Of a stretch of 64,000 bases of DNA, positions 36,201-46,998 are shown piece by piece. The notes below the pieces were generated by a model. It was not told where the DNA came from. It ran no database searches and saw only the letters and a list, made by a program, of their open reading frames with translations. Source of the stretch: Macrostomum lignano (Eukaryota); NCBI GenBank assembly GCA_002269645.1, contig NIVC01001788.1, positions 1 through 64,000 of the forward strand. Reading direction: 5' to 3'. Made by a program: the position numbers and the translations under genes. Positions within the stretch are counted from its first letter, which is position 1. Each line of letters begins with the position of its first letter.

Positions 36201-38343
36201 GCTATAAGCGATGCCCGGAGGACAGAGAGAGAGAGAGAGAGAGAGAGAAAAGAAGAGAAGTTCAATGTTGATGAGGTTTGGTTTTGATCAAAAGGTGAGA
36301 CGTTTCTCGAGAAGGCGAAACAGTGAAAATAAATATTTGGTTACCAAATAAAAGGCTTTGTTCCTCTACTGCTTTTTATCGTTTTTTTCCTCTTTTAAGT
36401 CGCAATAGGGGCGAACAATCCGGCCATTTCCGCCGTAAAAATAAGAGGGGGGGGGACATTTCCGGCCCAAACACCGGGATATGCAGTTATATCCGGGATT
36501 TTCACAAGCATATTTTTCCGCTCAATCGTCTGGATTTCTATCGTTTTCGGATGAAAGTCCGGGTGTACATCCGGATATACATTCGAATTCAAACTACATA
36601 TCCATCTGCGTTGTCAGGATAGAAAAATGGATTATTCGAATGTTTAATCCGGATATCGTAAATTTTACTCAATAAAAGAATGGCACTAATATCCGGCTGA
36701 CGCGTCCATTATCCTTCTCAATGTTTACCCGGGTGGGTCATCAGTGACAACTATGGTAGGTCACCTAGTGGGGTATCCAGGGTATTGGCGGGTCAATAAT
36801 TAAGCTACCAGAGTATTGGAGGGCCAATAAAAGCAATAAACATCGCAACTCGCCTAGCCAGCAACGAGCAGAAATGCTGGCCGCTAAACGCACAGGTAGA
36901 ATCGGTGAAGTGCACAGTAACAGGCGGCGGCTTAGTAACCACACCTTGAATATCCTGACTCCATATGGCCGGCACAGATCCGCGCACCTGTACAAAGGCG
37001 GTGACCCGGGACAGGGCAAACGAGCAGCTAGTTGGATCGTGGAGCACCTGTTCTGTTTCAACTTCATTAGCCGCGTTGCCTTGATAGTCGCAGCCGCGCT
37101 TTAAATATCTGGTGCCGGCGTAGCGGCGGCTCCGGCGGCCGATCAGCGTAGCGAAGACGGTCCGGCCGCAGACGTCAATGCTAGACTGACCGATGTAGCC
37201 GTGCAGCAGGCGGAGCTGCCAGCCAGGCGATAGGCGGTCCGTGAGCCAGGCCAGGTTCCAGCACCATTTCTGACCGAGCTGGTCCGGGTTCAGTTGGTCG
37301 GGCAGACAGGCCGGGTTGCTGCTGCTGCTGCTGCTGCTGCTGTAGTCGCTGGGGCTGGCGGTGAAATTGTGCTGCACAGTGTGCATCAGATCGTAGCTGC
37401 GGCAGTAGTAGAAGTTGCTGGCCAGGTCTACCTGCAGTGGTAACATGTAATAGAGTTAAGCAAATTGTGCCACAGCCTGGAGCGGCAATGGCCCAGCAAC
37501 TGAGGATCTGGGAGACTGCATGGCCCAGCAACTGAGGATCTGGGAGACTGCATGGCCCAGCAACTGAGGATCGGGGAGACTGCATGGCCCAGCAACTGAG
37601 GATCTGGGAAGCTGGCCCAGCAACTGAAGATCTGGGAGGCTGGCCCAGCAAATGAAGATCTGGGAGGCTGGCCCAGCAACTGAATATCTGGGAGGCTGGC
37701 CCAGCAACTGAAGATCTGAGAGGCTGGCCCAGCAACTGAAGATCTGGTAAGGCGGCCCAGCAATTCAGCATCTGGTACTCGTAGAGTGACAGCCAAGTCT
37801 GAGGATCAGACAGTGTCTGAAGTAGCGCACCTGGCCAAACTGCCGCACATAACGCTGCTCCTCGGAGGACTGCGGCCGCCCGCTAGGATGCAGGCAGACC
37901 AGACGGGCCTCTTCAATCCGGTGCACAGTGTGCTCGCACAGCTGAGCAGCAACAGAGGCGCGGGTGACCAGAGCCAAATAATAGCCTTCAGTGAATCGGA
38001 CGAAGCCAAGAATGCCGCAGGCGTTTATGCATTTCTCTGGCAGAGGGGAAGCCTTCTGCTGCTGCTGTTGCTGACGAGCCTGGTCGGTAGCAATCGACTG
38101 AGCATTTTGAACGGCGCAAAAGCACTGCAAGAATCTGTGTATCTCCGACAGCGAGTATTCGTAGCTGTCCTCAAATAGATTCAATTCCTCAGCTTTGTCT
38201 GTTCGTGATAATTTAAATAATCGAAAATATGTCTGCGCCTGATCGCTGCCGATTACGTAATAATGAGACGCTGTCTCATAGACTGAGAACAGCTCTAGGC
38301 TGGACCAGCGCTGAGCGCTTAGCAACGGTGACGAACTGGCGGC
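30251..38343 (-). CDS. FIG4: Polyphosphoinositide phosphatase FIG4 (SAC domain), exons 38343-37831, 37431-36854, 32385-31764, 31222-30251; start exon unresolved
   Basis: VYETASHYYVIGS, GILGFVRFTEGYY, VDLASNFYYCRSYDL, GNAANEVETEQ, FVQVRGSVP, catalytic RTNCVDCLDRTN (CX5RT), ALALQYGGSQLVH and KPHLWEL all match FIG4. About 894 aa plus Met. Confidence 0.92.
31260..31735. repeat. ~42-bp degenerate minisatellite (gagtttgaatcccagatcccaaatctccctaatcctcacttc) in FIG4 last intron
   Basis: Direct inspection. It is related to the 28085-28350 array. Confidence 0.85.
32440..32603. repeat. ~35-bp minisatellite (gggtcatcagtgactactatggtaggtcacctagt), interrupted by an insertion and resuming at 36731-36770
   Basis: The same unit appears on both sides of the 4.1 kb insertion. 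Confidence 0.8.
32604..36730. mobile_element. Decayed ~4.1 kb transposon-like insertion with CCGGAT-rich subterminal regions, an integrase-like remnant and degraded cargo exons
   Basis: It splits a minisatellite. Both ends are rich in (t/a)ccggat motifs and show partial inverted similarity. The plus-strand remnants TTRWPK (33091) and PLHHQSAGLMESMHCRLKARL (33251-33317) resemble the Gypsy-type rve motifs 'FTRWPE' and 'YHPQSNGLVERMHRTLK'. Confidence 0.55.
37486..37770 (-). repeat. 28/32-bp minisatellite in FIG4 intron (same family as 49290-50400, opposite orientation)
   Basis: Unit aactgaggatctgggaggctggcccagc is the reverse complement of the 49-50 kb unit. Confidence 0.9.
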
Positions 38344-38775
38344 CTGAAGTAATTCAGTTATCAATTAGGCAGGATGTAACAGTATTAAATACCTCGCAAG
38401 TAAAACAAATCTTTCCCTAGTAAGCGACCATCGCCAAATGTCAGATATAGATCAACTAGGTGCTTTTTAGCCTAGATTTTTTGTGCCAGTTTAGCGCTTG
38501 TGTCATGCCTAACACGCCAATTTGAGTTCCTATCAATAATAGCTTTGTATGTTTTTAATCTACGTATAGTAGCTACTCACAATTGTAAAAAAGCAAAGAA
38601 AACAAAGCTTGCAATTATTTTTTTGATCCAGGAAGAGCCAAAAAGTTTTATTTTGACCTGCTTTATAGTTCAAGCCGCTCAGAAAAGTACTGCGGGGGTA
38701 ATCGGGCCCTATGCTGCAAGCATTCAGTTTGAAAACAACCCCAGTTCTTAACAGTGGCACTGATATTCAATGTCA

Positions 38776-39123
38776 TTAGCCGAACAGGTCGAAGCCCATG
38801 TCATCGTCGGATTCGGACTCCGGCTCCGGCTCCTTGGCTTTGCCCTTGGCCGCTGCCGGCTCTGCAGCGGCGGCGGCGGCTTCCGGAGCGGCGGCTCCAG
38901 CGGCCGGAGCGGCGCCAACAGAGGAGCCGACATTGGACAGCAGGTCCTTGACCTTCACGCCGCTAAGGGCCCGAGCGAACATGTTGGGCCAGAACGGCTC
39001 CACGGTGACGCCGGCGGCCTTCAGGATGGCGGAGATCTTGTCGCCGGTGACCTCAACGTCGTCATCGGCCAGAATGAGGGCCGCGTATGTGCAGGCCATC
39101 TCGCTCAGGTTCTCTGCTGACAT
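38776..39123 (-). CDS. RPLP1: 60S acidic ribosomal protein P1, copy A (115 aa, CDS intronless)
   Basis: [44 protein letters not shown], an Ala-rich hinge and an acidic tail [14 protein letters not shown]. Confidence 0.95.
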   Translation of the reverse strand: MSAENLSEMACTYAALILADDDVEVTGDKISAILKAAGVTVEPFWPNMFARALSGVKVKDLLSNVGSSVGAAPAAGAAAPEAAAAAAEPAAAKGKAKEPEPESESDDDMGFDLFG

Positions 39124-39339
39124 TGTGGACTCTCCGTCTGAAAAGTGTCAAAAAGTTGGAATGAGTAAAAAATATGAAACAACTACTTCAAGTAGCAATA
39201 GCGTGGGAATGGCCGAAAGCATATCTAAGATATTGGCACGAAACAGAACTGAATAAATTATATCAAATTTAACAGTCGCTCAAGGCTAAGCTACAATCCA
39301 TGCTAGTTTTCATGTCAAAAATAATATCACCAGTACCTG

Positions 39340-39790
39340 TCAAGGCTTACTGGGGGGGATTGCTGAGATGTCAAGGCTTACTGGGGGAATTCCTGAGATG
39401 TCAAGGCTTACTGGGGAATTGCTGAGCTGTCAAGGTTTACTGGGGGAATCGCTGAGATGTCAAGGCTTACACTGGGGGAATCGCTGAGATGTCAAGGCTT
39501 ACACTGGGGGAATCGCTGAGATGTCAAGGCTTACTGGGGAATTGCTGAGCTGTCAAGGTTTACTGGGGGAATCGCTGAGATGTCAAGGCTTACACTGGGG
39601 GAATCGCTGAGATGTCAAGGCTTACTGGGGAATTGCTGAGCTGTCAAGGTTTACTGGGGGAATCGCTGAGATGTCAAGGCTTACACTGGGGGAATCGCTG
39701 AGATGTCAAGGCTTACTGGGGAATTGCTGAGCTGTCAAGGTTTACTGGGGGAATCGCTGAGATGTCAAAGTTTACGGGGGGATGCTTAGA
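39340..39790. repeat. 29-32-bp minisatellite (tgtcaaggcttactgggggaatcgctgaga) with a three-variant higher-order pattern, between the RPLP1 copies
   Basis: Direct inspection. Confidence 0.9.
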
Positions 39791-40354
39791 TGTCAAGGCA
39801 AATAGGACTCACATAATTTTCGTTCCTTGCTTATTGGTCGACCCTAAGGGGGGCACTAGATTGCTAGTAATTCCTAAACCTCACCTGTGGCGTTTAATAT
39901 TGCACAGTAATATATTTTTACGCGAATTGCTACACTGCCGCTTAAATACTGCTGTCAAAAAACCTTCTGTCACTCTTTTGAAAGGAATAGAGCTCCATGG
40001 ACCATGGTACCTATGTGATAGAAGTAGAACTGGTGAATTCAATTTGTTCGTCTGTTATATATAATTTCCATTGAAGCTTTCATTTCGGCATCAAAGTTTC
40101 AGACCTAGGATTACTAAGAAAAATTAATATCCATAGGTAAAATCAATATTATACTACCCTCAGCTCAAAATTAGCACACAAAAACAATAAAAAGGAACAA
40201 GTTAAACCAAATTCTTCAATCTATATTGCCATCAAGCCATTGCATCTCCAAGCATTTATTAACTACTTAACAACTGTCGCTAAGGAAGTACAGCGGAATT
40301 CAGTCAGTTACACAATGCGGCACCCAGACAGATTGGCACTGATATCAAATGTCA

Positions 40355-40702
40355 TTAGCCGAACAGGTCGAAGCCCATGTCATCGTCAGATTCGGACTCC
40401 GGCTCCGGCTCCTTGGCTTTGCCCTTGGCCGCTGCCGGCTCTGCAGCGGCGGCGGCGGCTTCCGGAGCGGCGGCTCCAGCGGCCGGAGCGGCGCCAACAG
40501 AGGAGCCGACATTGGACAGCAGGTCCTTGACCTTCACGCCGCTGAGGGCCCGAGCGAACATGTTGGGCCAGAACGGCTCCACGGTGACGCCGGCGGCCTT
40601 CAGGATGGCGGAGATCTTGTCGCCGGTGACCTCAACGTCGTCATCGGCCAGAATGAGGGCCGCGTAGGTGCAGGCCATCTCGCTCAGGTTCTCTGCTGAC
40701 AT
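40355..40702 (-). CDS. RPLP1: 60S acidic ribosomal protein P1, copy B (protein identical to copy A)
   Basis: Same 115-aa protein. I count 3 synonymous differences in 348 nt versus copy A. Confidence 0.95.
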   Translation of the reverse strand: MSAENLSEMACTYAALILADDDVEVTGDKISAILKAAGVTVEPFWPNMFARALSGVKVKDLLSNVGSSVGAAPAAGAAAPEAAAAAAEPAAAKGKAKEPEPESESDDDMGFDLFG

Positions 40703-41475
40703 TGTGGACTCGCTGACTGGAAATATATCATAATGGACATGAATATTATCTGATAGCCAAATGCAGATCAATACAGTGGAATGCTAATATCTTAGGTTAG
40801 AAATTTTTATATCAAGGACTAACACTTTTCTGCTTTGATCACTTTAACCCATAACAAACAAGAATAAAATAATAGCCAGTGTATAATGTTTTGGTGGGGG
40901 CTAATGTTAAGATGAATGTTTTCACTTTCAATGCAGGGGAGCCCTAAGTGATAAGTCCCTGGAGTTAGAGACAGGGATAGGGTTGGGATGTTAGGGACTA
41001 AATTTAAAATGATGTAACATTCATAAAATTTACACATTTATAAAATTTATTAAACATTATAAATGTTATGAAAATATTTTGTACTAAAAAGTAACTTTTT
41101 TTCATTAACTAGAAAGCAATGCAACACAATAGTTTTATGATTGATTTAGAGGTATTGTAAGCATGGGATACAGACTATTGAATTGAATCAGTTGATGATA
41201 GACCTATTATTAAATAAATAATGCAAATAAATTTTACTTATTACCCATATTAAAAATACACAAGCCTATTTTTATACAACTGGCTAATCATTGTACCTTC
41301 AATATAGACCCTTTTTAATGACATGTATCTATCCAACTTTGAAATTTCACCTAGCTGATGCAACCTAGTTGCTTTTGGCTGCAACATAGTCTTTGTTTTC
41401 ATTTTTCATTGTTTTTTCTCTTTTTTTGGTTTTCCCCTTTTTTATCTAAATTATTTCTTTCAAGTTGGTATTATA

Positions 41476-42785
41476 TACAAAGGGAAATCAAAAAGTAATG
41501 ATAATTTTGTTCTCATAAGTATCAAACTTTACAAATGGGAATATACTTTTTTACATAGTCTCCCTTCCAAGGTCAGGCACCTCTCCATGTGGTGTTGCCA
41601 TCTCTCTAGGCCATACACATAGAACTCAGGAGGCTGTGCAGCAAGCCACTGTATAGTAGCCTTTTGGCAGCCTCTTTGTCCTTATGTTGGACTCCTTTGA
41701 TTGCTTCCTTTAGCTTAGTAAACAAAAAAATCCAAAGGAGCTAAATCAAGGCTATATGGAGGATGCTGGAGGTTTTCCCAGCAGAAATCTTGCAGGGCTT
41801 CATGGTAGAGCCAAGAAGTCTGGGTTGGTATATCATCATGGTGAAAGAGAATCCAAGATTACAACTTCCCAGGTCACTTTTTGGCCAGTTTAGAGCAGAG
41901 CTTTCGCAGAAGCAACTCATATTAGGTGGCATTAATAGTCTTCTGGCTTTTCAAGAAGTCTACCATCACTACTCTTTTAACTTCCTAGAAGATGGTTGCC
42001 AAGACCTTTGCTGTAAACCCTTCGATACAGAACTTCTTGGGGCCTACTAAACCTTGTGGCAGCCAACCCTTGGATTGGACCTTGAACTTGGGATTGTACT
42101 AAAATATCCATGTTTTATCCCCAGTCACTAAGCATTGACATAAGTTTTCTAAATCAGCATCTAAGCAGTTCAATAGGTTGATGGCGCTCTCAGTGCACTG
42201 AACCCAGTGTTCAGGCCATAATAGCTGCGAGACCCAGGGAGCACTCAGTTTGCTTAGACCAAGACAGTCTATCATAGTAAAGTGAGAACTGCCATGAGAA
42301 ATACCCACTTGGTCAACAATATTGTCTATGGTCACATATCAATCCTACTCAAGTACCTACTACATAGCTACCATATTTTACTTTTGTGCACAATGTTATG
42401 TGCCTTTTAGACCACTGGGAGTCTTCCACAGACTTTTGGCCTTTCTTGAAAGTCTGAATCTAATAGTAAACATTTGGATCTGGTAGAGCAATGTCCCCAT
42501 AGACCTTTTTCAAAGCATCAATGATTTAGGCTGGCTTCCAACCAAGTTTTAAAAGAAACTTCATGTTAATGCAAGCTTTGATTTTTTAATTTTCCATTGC
42601 TAAAAGGGTATACTATGATTAGAGCATTACCATGCAAATATCAATCACTTAAGAACCAAAACTGTCAAATAAAGAGCAAAAGATGTTTTTCAAATGAAAC
42701 CAGTTGCAGTTCAATAGGCCCTTACCTCTTATATTTAAGGTGTTACAACAAAATTATTATTACTGTTTTACTTCCCCTCATCAAT
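41476..42785 (-). mobile_element. Decayed mariner (DD34D-type) transposon, ~1.3 kb
   Basis: Remnants ISHGSSH...LSAPWVSQLL...VTGDKTWI (cf. WVPxxL, VTGDETW) and PPYSLDLAPLDF (cf. YSPDLAPSD). The ends tacaaagggaaatcaaaaagtaat and attactgttttacttcccctca are degenerate TIRs. Length is typical. Confidence 0.8.
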
Positions 42786-44735
42786 AACCTTGGGCCTTGG
42801 CTGGACTAGCCTAGACTTTTACCACCTAGCTAAATTGGCTAGGTACTAGGTTGGCTAAGTTTTAATAAGCATGTATAATAGCATAGCATAGCATGTTTAA
42901 ATAAAAGAAAGTAGTTGTTTTTATTATTTGTTAGTGACTATTACTAATAGGCTTACTAACTATAAGAATAGCAGAGATTATTGAAGAAAAAATGCAGAAC
43001 CCAACCAAACATTCCTAAATAAGAAGTGGTGCACTGGTGCAATGTGCCAGTTTAAATATGTCTGTCTGTCGTCTGTGTATCTCAAGTGGCTATTGAGTCT
43101 GCAGTTCAACATTTATTCCAAGAGGGAGAACTCATTTAAAGTTATCAGAAAGGACATAGAGACAAGGCAAAAAATAAGCTACAATGCAATGAATCAATAA
43201 TTAGGCCTATTTATTAATTGTCGACTATCGAGTGACTTGAGTTTACAATCTACATACACACTTAACTATATATTTTACAACAACAAGCGAACTTATATTG
43301 TAAAGTTGTAGCATATGCCCCAGGCGCCTGACTAAAGTTGCTAGATAACTTAGTTAATATCGAAAAGAAAACTTTCAGTTGTGATGATAATTTTTTAGAT
43401 TTTAGTTGATTGTCCTGATTCCAAATTTTCAAATTGTAGCTAGCTAAACAAAATTATAATAGCTTATGCTAATAACTAAATCTGAAGATAATAAGCTTAC
43501 ATTTGCTGTCTTGAATATTCTTTTTTGTGAGTAAATTAAAAGACAAATGGAATCTACAGTCGTTGGACTGAGCCTTAGACAATATTTTTAAATGTCAATT
43601 ATTTTTCGTGTATCGGACGAATCCGTCTACTTTTAACCTCATTCTACACTACTGCAATTTTCCATGAATAACTTTATATTAAACACGTTAAATGTAAAAG
43701 AAGTTGTACTTACTTGACTCCTTTATGAGGCATTTCTGGATCGACATATTGTATTCAATGTATTTTAACATCAAAGATACGGTTTAGATGCTGTGTTTTC
43801 CATTCGAACACTGACTTCTGCTTCAGTGCTTCAGTCAGTTCAGCTGATCTTCTAATCCACGATTTTTAATAGGATTTAATATTGCTAGTACTAATACCGA
43901 GCTTTCTTTTATTATCTACCTCAAATAAGTCTAGGCCCGTTTGAGAACTTGTGACTGTTTTTGTTTGTTATCAAAACAAAGTATCTGTGGCAATAATAAT
44001 CATTGAAAATATGGCTAGTAATAGAAATACGTTTTGTCTCAATTTGACAATTTGTTATGCAGCAATGCGTAAGCCAGCGCTTAGTACTCGTAGTATACTG
44101 ACAGTACAAGGTCAAAACCTACATTTAGTTAATTCAAAATAGTTATTTATTTATTTGTTGCCTCCTAAATAGGGGGCATAAATAGCTAGTTTCTTTCTTT
44201 ATAGGTCAAGTTTTTATATTTATTGATACTTTCTATTTTGTTAATATCATTTCTAAAACTAGACTGTATAGTAGAGTTTTTTTATGCCTATCTGTGGCCC
44301 ATAAATATTATAATAATACCAATATATAGTAGCATCTTGCATGCTATTATTAATTATAGGGCTTTATCTAAATGCCAATGATGTCTATTTTTTTATTTCA
44401 TAAAACCTTGGCTTAATATTTGATTAGTTTGATCTTTGATTTGAGTATGATCTTTAAAAAAGAGTTTTAAAGAAAATAATTTATAAAATTTAATGATTGC
44501 TTAATGATAATTAAACTGAAACAATCAAAACTAAAACTAAAATATTAGTTAATCTAGTTGTCTTGTATAATAGGATAATCCTGTCTAAACAAAAAATTTT
44601 GATAGGATTTCAATATCTTTGACTCTTTTAAAGTTGCTAGATATTTTTTAATTTAAATATAATTTGCTATTAAGCTAATTTAATTATTAAAATAGAGTCT
44701 AACCTAGCGTAAGTTTTAATAGTTTGCTATTTGTA

Positions 44736-45252
44736 TACCACACTCCGGATCATGTAGTATATGCCCAAAAATTTGGGCGTGCATTGCCCTTGCATGCCAA
44801 AATTAGGTGTGCACAGTTGGCGTGCATCACTCCTGAGAAAATAGTATGTGTACATACCTGGTATGCACTTTATAGAATCACAATTTTTAGTATTAGAATC
44901 ACATATAAGAGTTATTGTGAAGTAAATAAAAATGAAAAAAAGTTAATTTTTAAGGGTAAATTTCAAGCTTTCCAGTTTTTCAAGCTCATAAAAAAGCATA
45001 TAAACAAATCTTTGCATGCATTGCTCTAAATAATATTGCCAAAAAAGCATAAAAATCAACCAAATTATGTGCTAATAAGGGTCTATTAGGCAATTTAAAA
45101 AAGGTCATTTATTATCACAACATAAAAAATGTCATTTATTGTCGCAACAACAGCATATTTTTTAGAATGGGCATGCACTAAATTTTTTTGGCATGTTTTT
45201 GAAACTATTCATTTTTTTAGGCATGCACCAGCATGATCCAGACTATGGTGTA
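44736..45252. mobile_element. MITE with ~40-bp imperfect TIRs and TA-like flanks
   Basis: ccacactccggatcatgtagtatatgcccaaaaa versus the reverse complement of the right end, ccatagtctggatcatgctggtgcatgcctaaaaa. Confidence 0.55.
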
Positions 45253-45795
45253 TACATAGACTAGGTCTTTTAGTTTTAGAATATATAATTAAAAATCTTA
45301 CTCTTAGCCTCAATCCTAACTATGGCTATAGCTAAAAGGCCTTACATTGTTAGTTCCTTTGAGATTTATATCTTTTAGGTAGAGAAAGCCTAGCTAGCTT
45401 TTGGATAATTTTTTTAGCCTAGGATATCAATAATAGTATGATATAGTTAAATAATTAATAATTAATAATTAATCAATAATATTTATACTTTGATTAGCAT
45501 CTTAGCAATGCTTTGGCATTTAAAAAACTACCCTTGAGCCTTAGTATCTTTACAACATTCACTTGAACCTTAGCATCTTAGCACTTTTCTTTAAGCCTTG
45601 GCATCAAAAATTTCTATTTGCACCTTAGTATTTTAATAGTTTTCTTTGAGCATTGGCATCAGTAGCTTCCACTTGAGCCTTAGTATCTTAATTCAAACAT
45701 ACAAACAAACCTTAGAGATTTAGTATATTTAGATTAGATAGTTTTCTTTCAGCATTGGCATCAGGAACCTTCACTTGAGCCTTAGTATCTTAATA

Positions 45796-46512
45796 TTGGT
45801 TTTTGCATGCTAAGTGAGACATTTTTCAAGCAATCTGAGACTGAATAGCAAAAACACTATTGTCTATGGCCACCCCTCGCTGCAGCCCAGCTTTTTGGGC
45901 GCGCCTTGCAAGTAAAGTGAGACATTTTTTTCAAGCTAAGTGAGAACCATATTGAAAACAAAGGGGTGGTTTTACGAAATTACAAAATTATGTTCATCGC
46001 TCTAGCAATGGTGGATTCAGAGATAGCCGGCTTTTGTGGCAACTCCAAAGTCAGTTTTCTCTGCACATCCGTCAGAGGAACATAGGGATTTTGCTCAACT
46101 ATCTGCTCAACGGCGTTCCGCATTTCAGCATCCATTTTTGTTGACCCCGGCTTGCGGCCACCGCGTTGCAACGCATGGAATTCACCAGTAGCTGCGTAGC
46201 GACTCCATATCCGATAGGCCGTCTTCTTGTTCAGATTAAGGATTTTGGACGCAGTCGAAATTGAGTAACCATCTTCGACGGCATTGACCAGGCGCTCTCT
46301 ATCCTCGTTGCTTGTTAGACGCAGTTGATTTTGCCATAGCCCAGCCTTTGTTTTCAATATGGTTCTCACTTAGCTTTAAAAAATTTCTCACTTTGCTTGC
46401 AAGGCGATCCCAAAAAGCTGGGCTGCAGCGAGGGGTGGCCATAGACAATAGTGTTTTTGCTATTCAGCCTCAGATTGCTTGAAAAATGTCTCACTTAGCA
46501 TGCAAAAACCAA
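45796..46512 (-). mobile_element. Tc1/IS630-like non-autonomous element, 717 bp, ~170-bp TIRs with internal direct repeats, TA TSD, truncated HTH transposase
   Basis: TIRs at 45796-45964 and 46345-46512 are highly similar. The repeat aagtgagacattttt(t)caag occurs twice per TIR. The internal frame RLTSNEDRERLVNAVEDGYSISTASKILNLNKKTAYRIW...RGGRKP is a paired-type HTH with no DDE domain. Confidence 0.88.
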
Positions 46513-46700
46513 TAGTTTTCTTTGAGCATTGCATATCAGCAACCTCCACTTGAGCCTTAGCATCTTATAAACTTCGCACTTGAGACCATAGAATCTTCGC
46601 ATTTTTAGCATTCCACATTTATCATGGAAATCTCAGCAACTTTCCCTTAAGTCAGGAGCTAATCCTAACCCTTAACTCTCCTTATCACTATAATGCTAGT

Positions 46701-46998
46701 CATACATGCGCAACAGTCGGCCGAGTCGGCCGATCCGGCCGACCGATTTGGCGGCCAATCAAGGAAGTCGCAAAAATGCCCACCCAAAAAATAACCTGAA
46801 GAGTAGTACTAAGTAGCTGACGAGGCATTTTAGCTTAATAAAACAGTCATAGTTACTCCTGCCGTTTACCCAAAGTTGCGTTAATTTTGCTTTCGGGTTT
46901 TTTTATATGTAAGTCGCATTTTTGGCCAAAAACTACGTCGAATTTTTGTTAAAACTAAGTCGCACGGCTGACCGAATTTTGGAGGTTGCACATGTATG
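46701..46998. mobile_element. 298-bp MITE with a 14-bp TIR and a perfect 8-bp TSD (hAT/P-type)
   Basis: TIR catacatgcgcaac / gttgcacatgtatg (1 mismatch). TSD atgctagt at 46693-46700 and 46999-47006. Confidence 0.85.
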
